64,000 nucleotides of DNA from the human T2T-CHM13v2.0 reference genome, Homo sapiens, in NCBI RefSeq assembly GCF_009914755.1, contig NC_060925.1; one strand, written 5' to 3'. The translations under genes were made by a program, and so were the position numbers. Of the stretch, positions 62,955-64,000 are shown one piece after another (the stretch's first letter is position 1; the number at the start of each line of letters is the position of its first letter). The notes below the pieces were generated by a model. It saw only the letters and a list, made by a program, of their open reading frames with translations, ran no database searches and was not told the DNA's origin.

Positions 62955-63803
62955 GCCTTAGTCTGTTTGGGCTGCTATAACAGAAAACGATAGACTAAGT
63001 GGCTTATAAACAACAGAAATTTATTTCTTATAGGACTGGGAAGTCCAAGATCTAGACACTTATAGATTCTTTGTCTAGTGAGGGCCTTTTCCTTGGTTCA
63101 TCAATGGTGCATTCTCGTTGTGTCCTCAGATAATGGAAGAAGGAAATAAGCTCCCTGGGACCTATCTGATAAAGGCTCCTGTTCATAAGGGCTTCACCTT
63201 CATGATCTAATGACCTTCCAAAGGCCCTAACTCCTAATACCATCACCTTCATGATCTAATGACCTTCCAAAGGCCCTGACTCCTAATACCATCACCTTCA
63301 TGATCTAATGACCTTCCAAAGGCCCTGACTCCTAATACCATCACCTTCATGATCTAATGACCTTCCAAAGGCCCTGGCTCCTAATACCATCACCTTCATG
63401 ATCTAATGACCTTCCAAAGGCCCTGACTCCTAATACCATCACCTTCATGATCTAATGACCTTCCAAAGGCCCTGACTCCTAATACCATCACCTTCATGAT
63501 CTAATGACCTTCCAAAGGCCCTGGCTCCTAATACCATCACCTTCATGATCTAATGACCTTCCAAAGGCCCTGACTCCTAATACCATCACCTTCATGATCT
63601 AATGACCTTCCAAAGGCCCTGGCTCCTAATACCATCACCTTCATGATCTAATGACCTTCCAAAGGCCCTGGCTCCTAATACCATCACCTTCATGATCTAA
63701 TGACCTTCCAAAGGCCCTGGCTCCTGATACCATCACCCTTGAGATTAGGATTTAACATGTGAACTTGAGCGGGAAGGGATCACAAATATTCAGTTCATAG
63801 CAG
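62955..63803 (-). mobile_element. MaLR LTR (MLT1A/MSTD-like) hosting the VNTR
   Basis: ttagtctgtttgggctgctataacag...cttataaacaacagaaatttatttct...ggaagtccaagatc...attcagttcatagca is typical antisense MaLR sequence. Confidence 0.75.
63194..63737. repeat. 49-bp minisatellite (about 11 near-perfect copies) inside a MaLR LTR in the last RGS7 intron
   Basis: Unit catcaccttcatgatctaatgaccttccaaaggccctg(a/g)ctcctaatac, period 49 (63241, 63290 ... 63682). Confidence 0.97.
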
Positions 63804-64000
63804 CCACATTTTTGGAAAAAGACAATATGTTTAAGAAAAGATTAATAATTCCATAATCAACCTGTCTTTACACACCATATAATTACTGATAAGGGCCCTT
63901 TTGCTGATATGAACAGCAGCAATGAAAATCATGCACCATTTTCTCTTAATTTTTTCTTAATTGGGAAAAAGGGTCCACAACTTAGCTTTCAGCATCTGAG

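Noticed and set aside
63194-63737. CRISPR-like array
   Set aside because: Head-to-tail identical units with no unique spacers, in a primate LTR context.

Overview
Alu-rich primate (ape-type) genomic DNA; nearly all ORFs in the supplied track are Alu/L1/LTR noise. The only intact coding sequence I can support is the terminal exon of RGS7 on the minus strand (61557-61607, GKSLTSKRLTSLAQSY-stop, plus 3'UTR). The window is therefore the region just downstream of RGS7. Two retrocopies lie further downstream on the same (minus) strand. The first is a decayed processed pseudogene of THAP12/PRKRIR (about 53896-57174). The second, and the main finding, is an apparently 5'-complete, spliced, TSD-flanked retrocopy of the lncRNA OIP5-AS1/Cyrano (41219-49426). 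It keeps the 26-nt extended miR-7 target-directed-degradation site (45104-45129) and neighbouring miR-25/92 and Pumilio motifs. It is interrupted by an antisense LTR12C solo LTR (47702-49089). Its inverted Alu pair carries clustered, strand-consistent A>G changes that look like ADAR editing frozen into the genome at retrotransposition. Other notable structures are an old L1MA with a likely 3' transduction, a 49-bp VNTR in the last RGS7 intron, and several micro-rearranged repeats. Gene and repeat names come from recalled sequences, not database searches; repeat boundaries are approximate.
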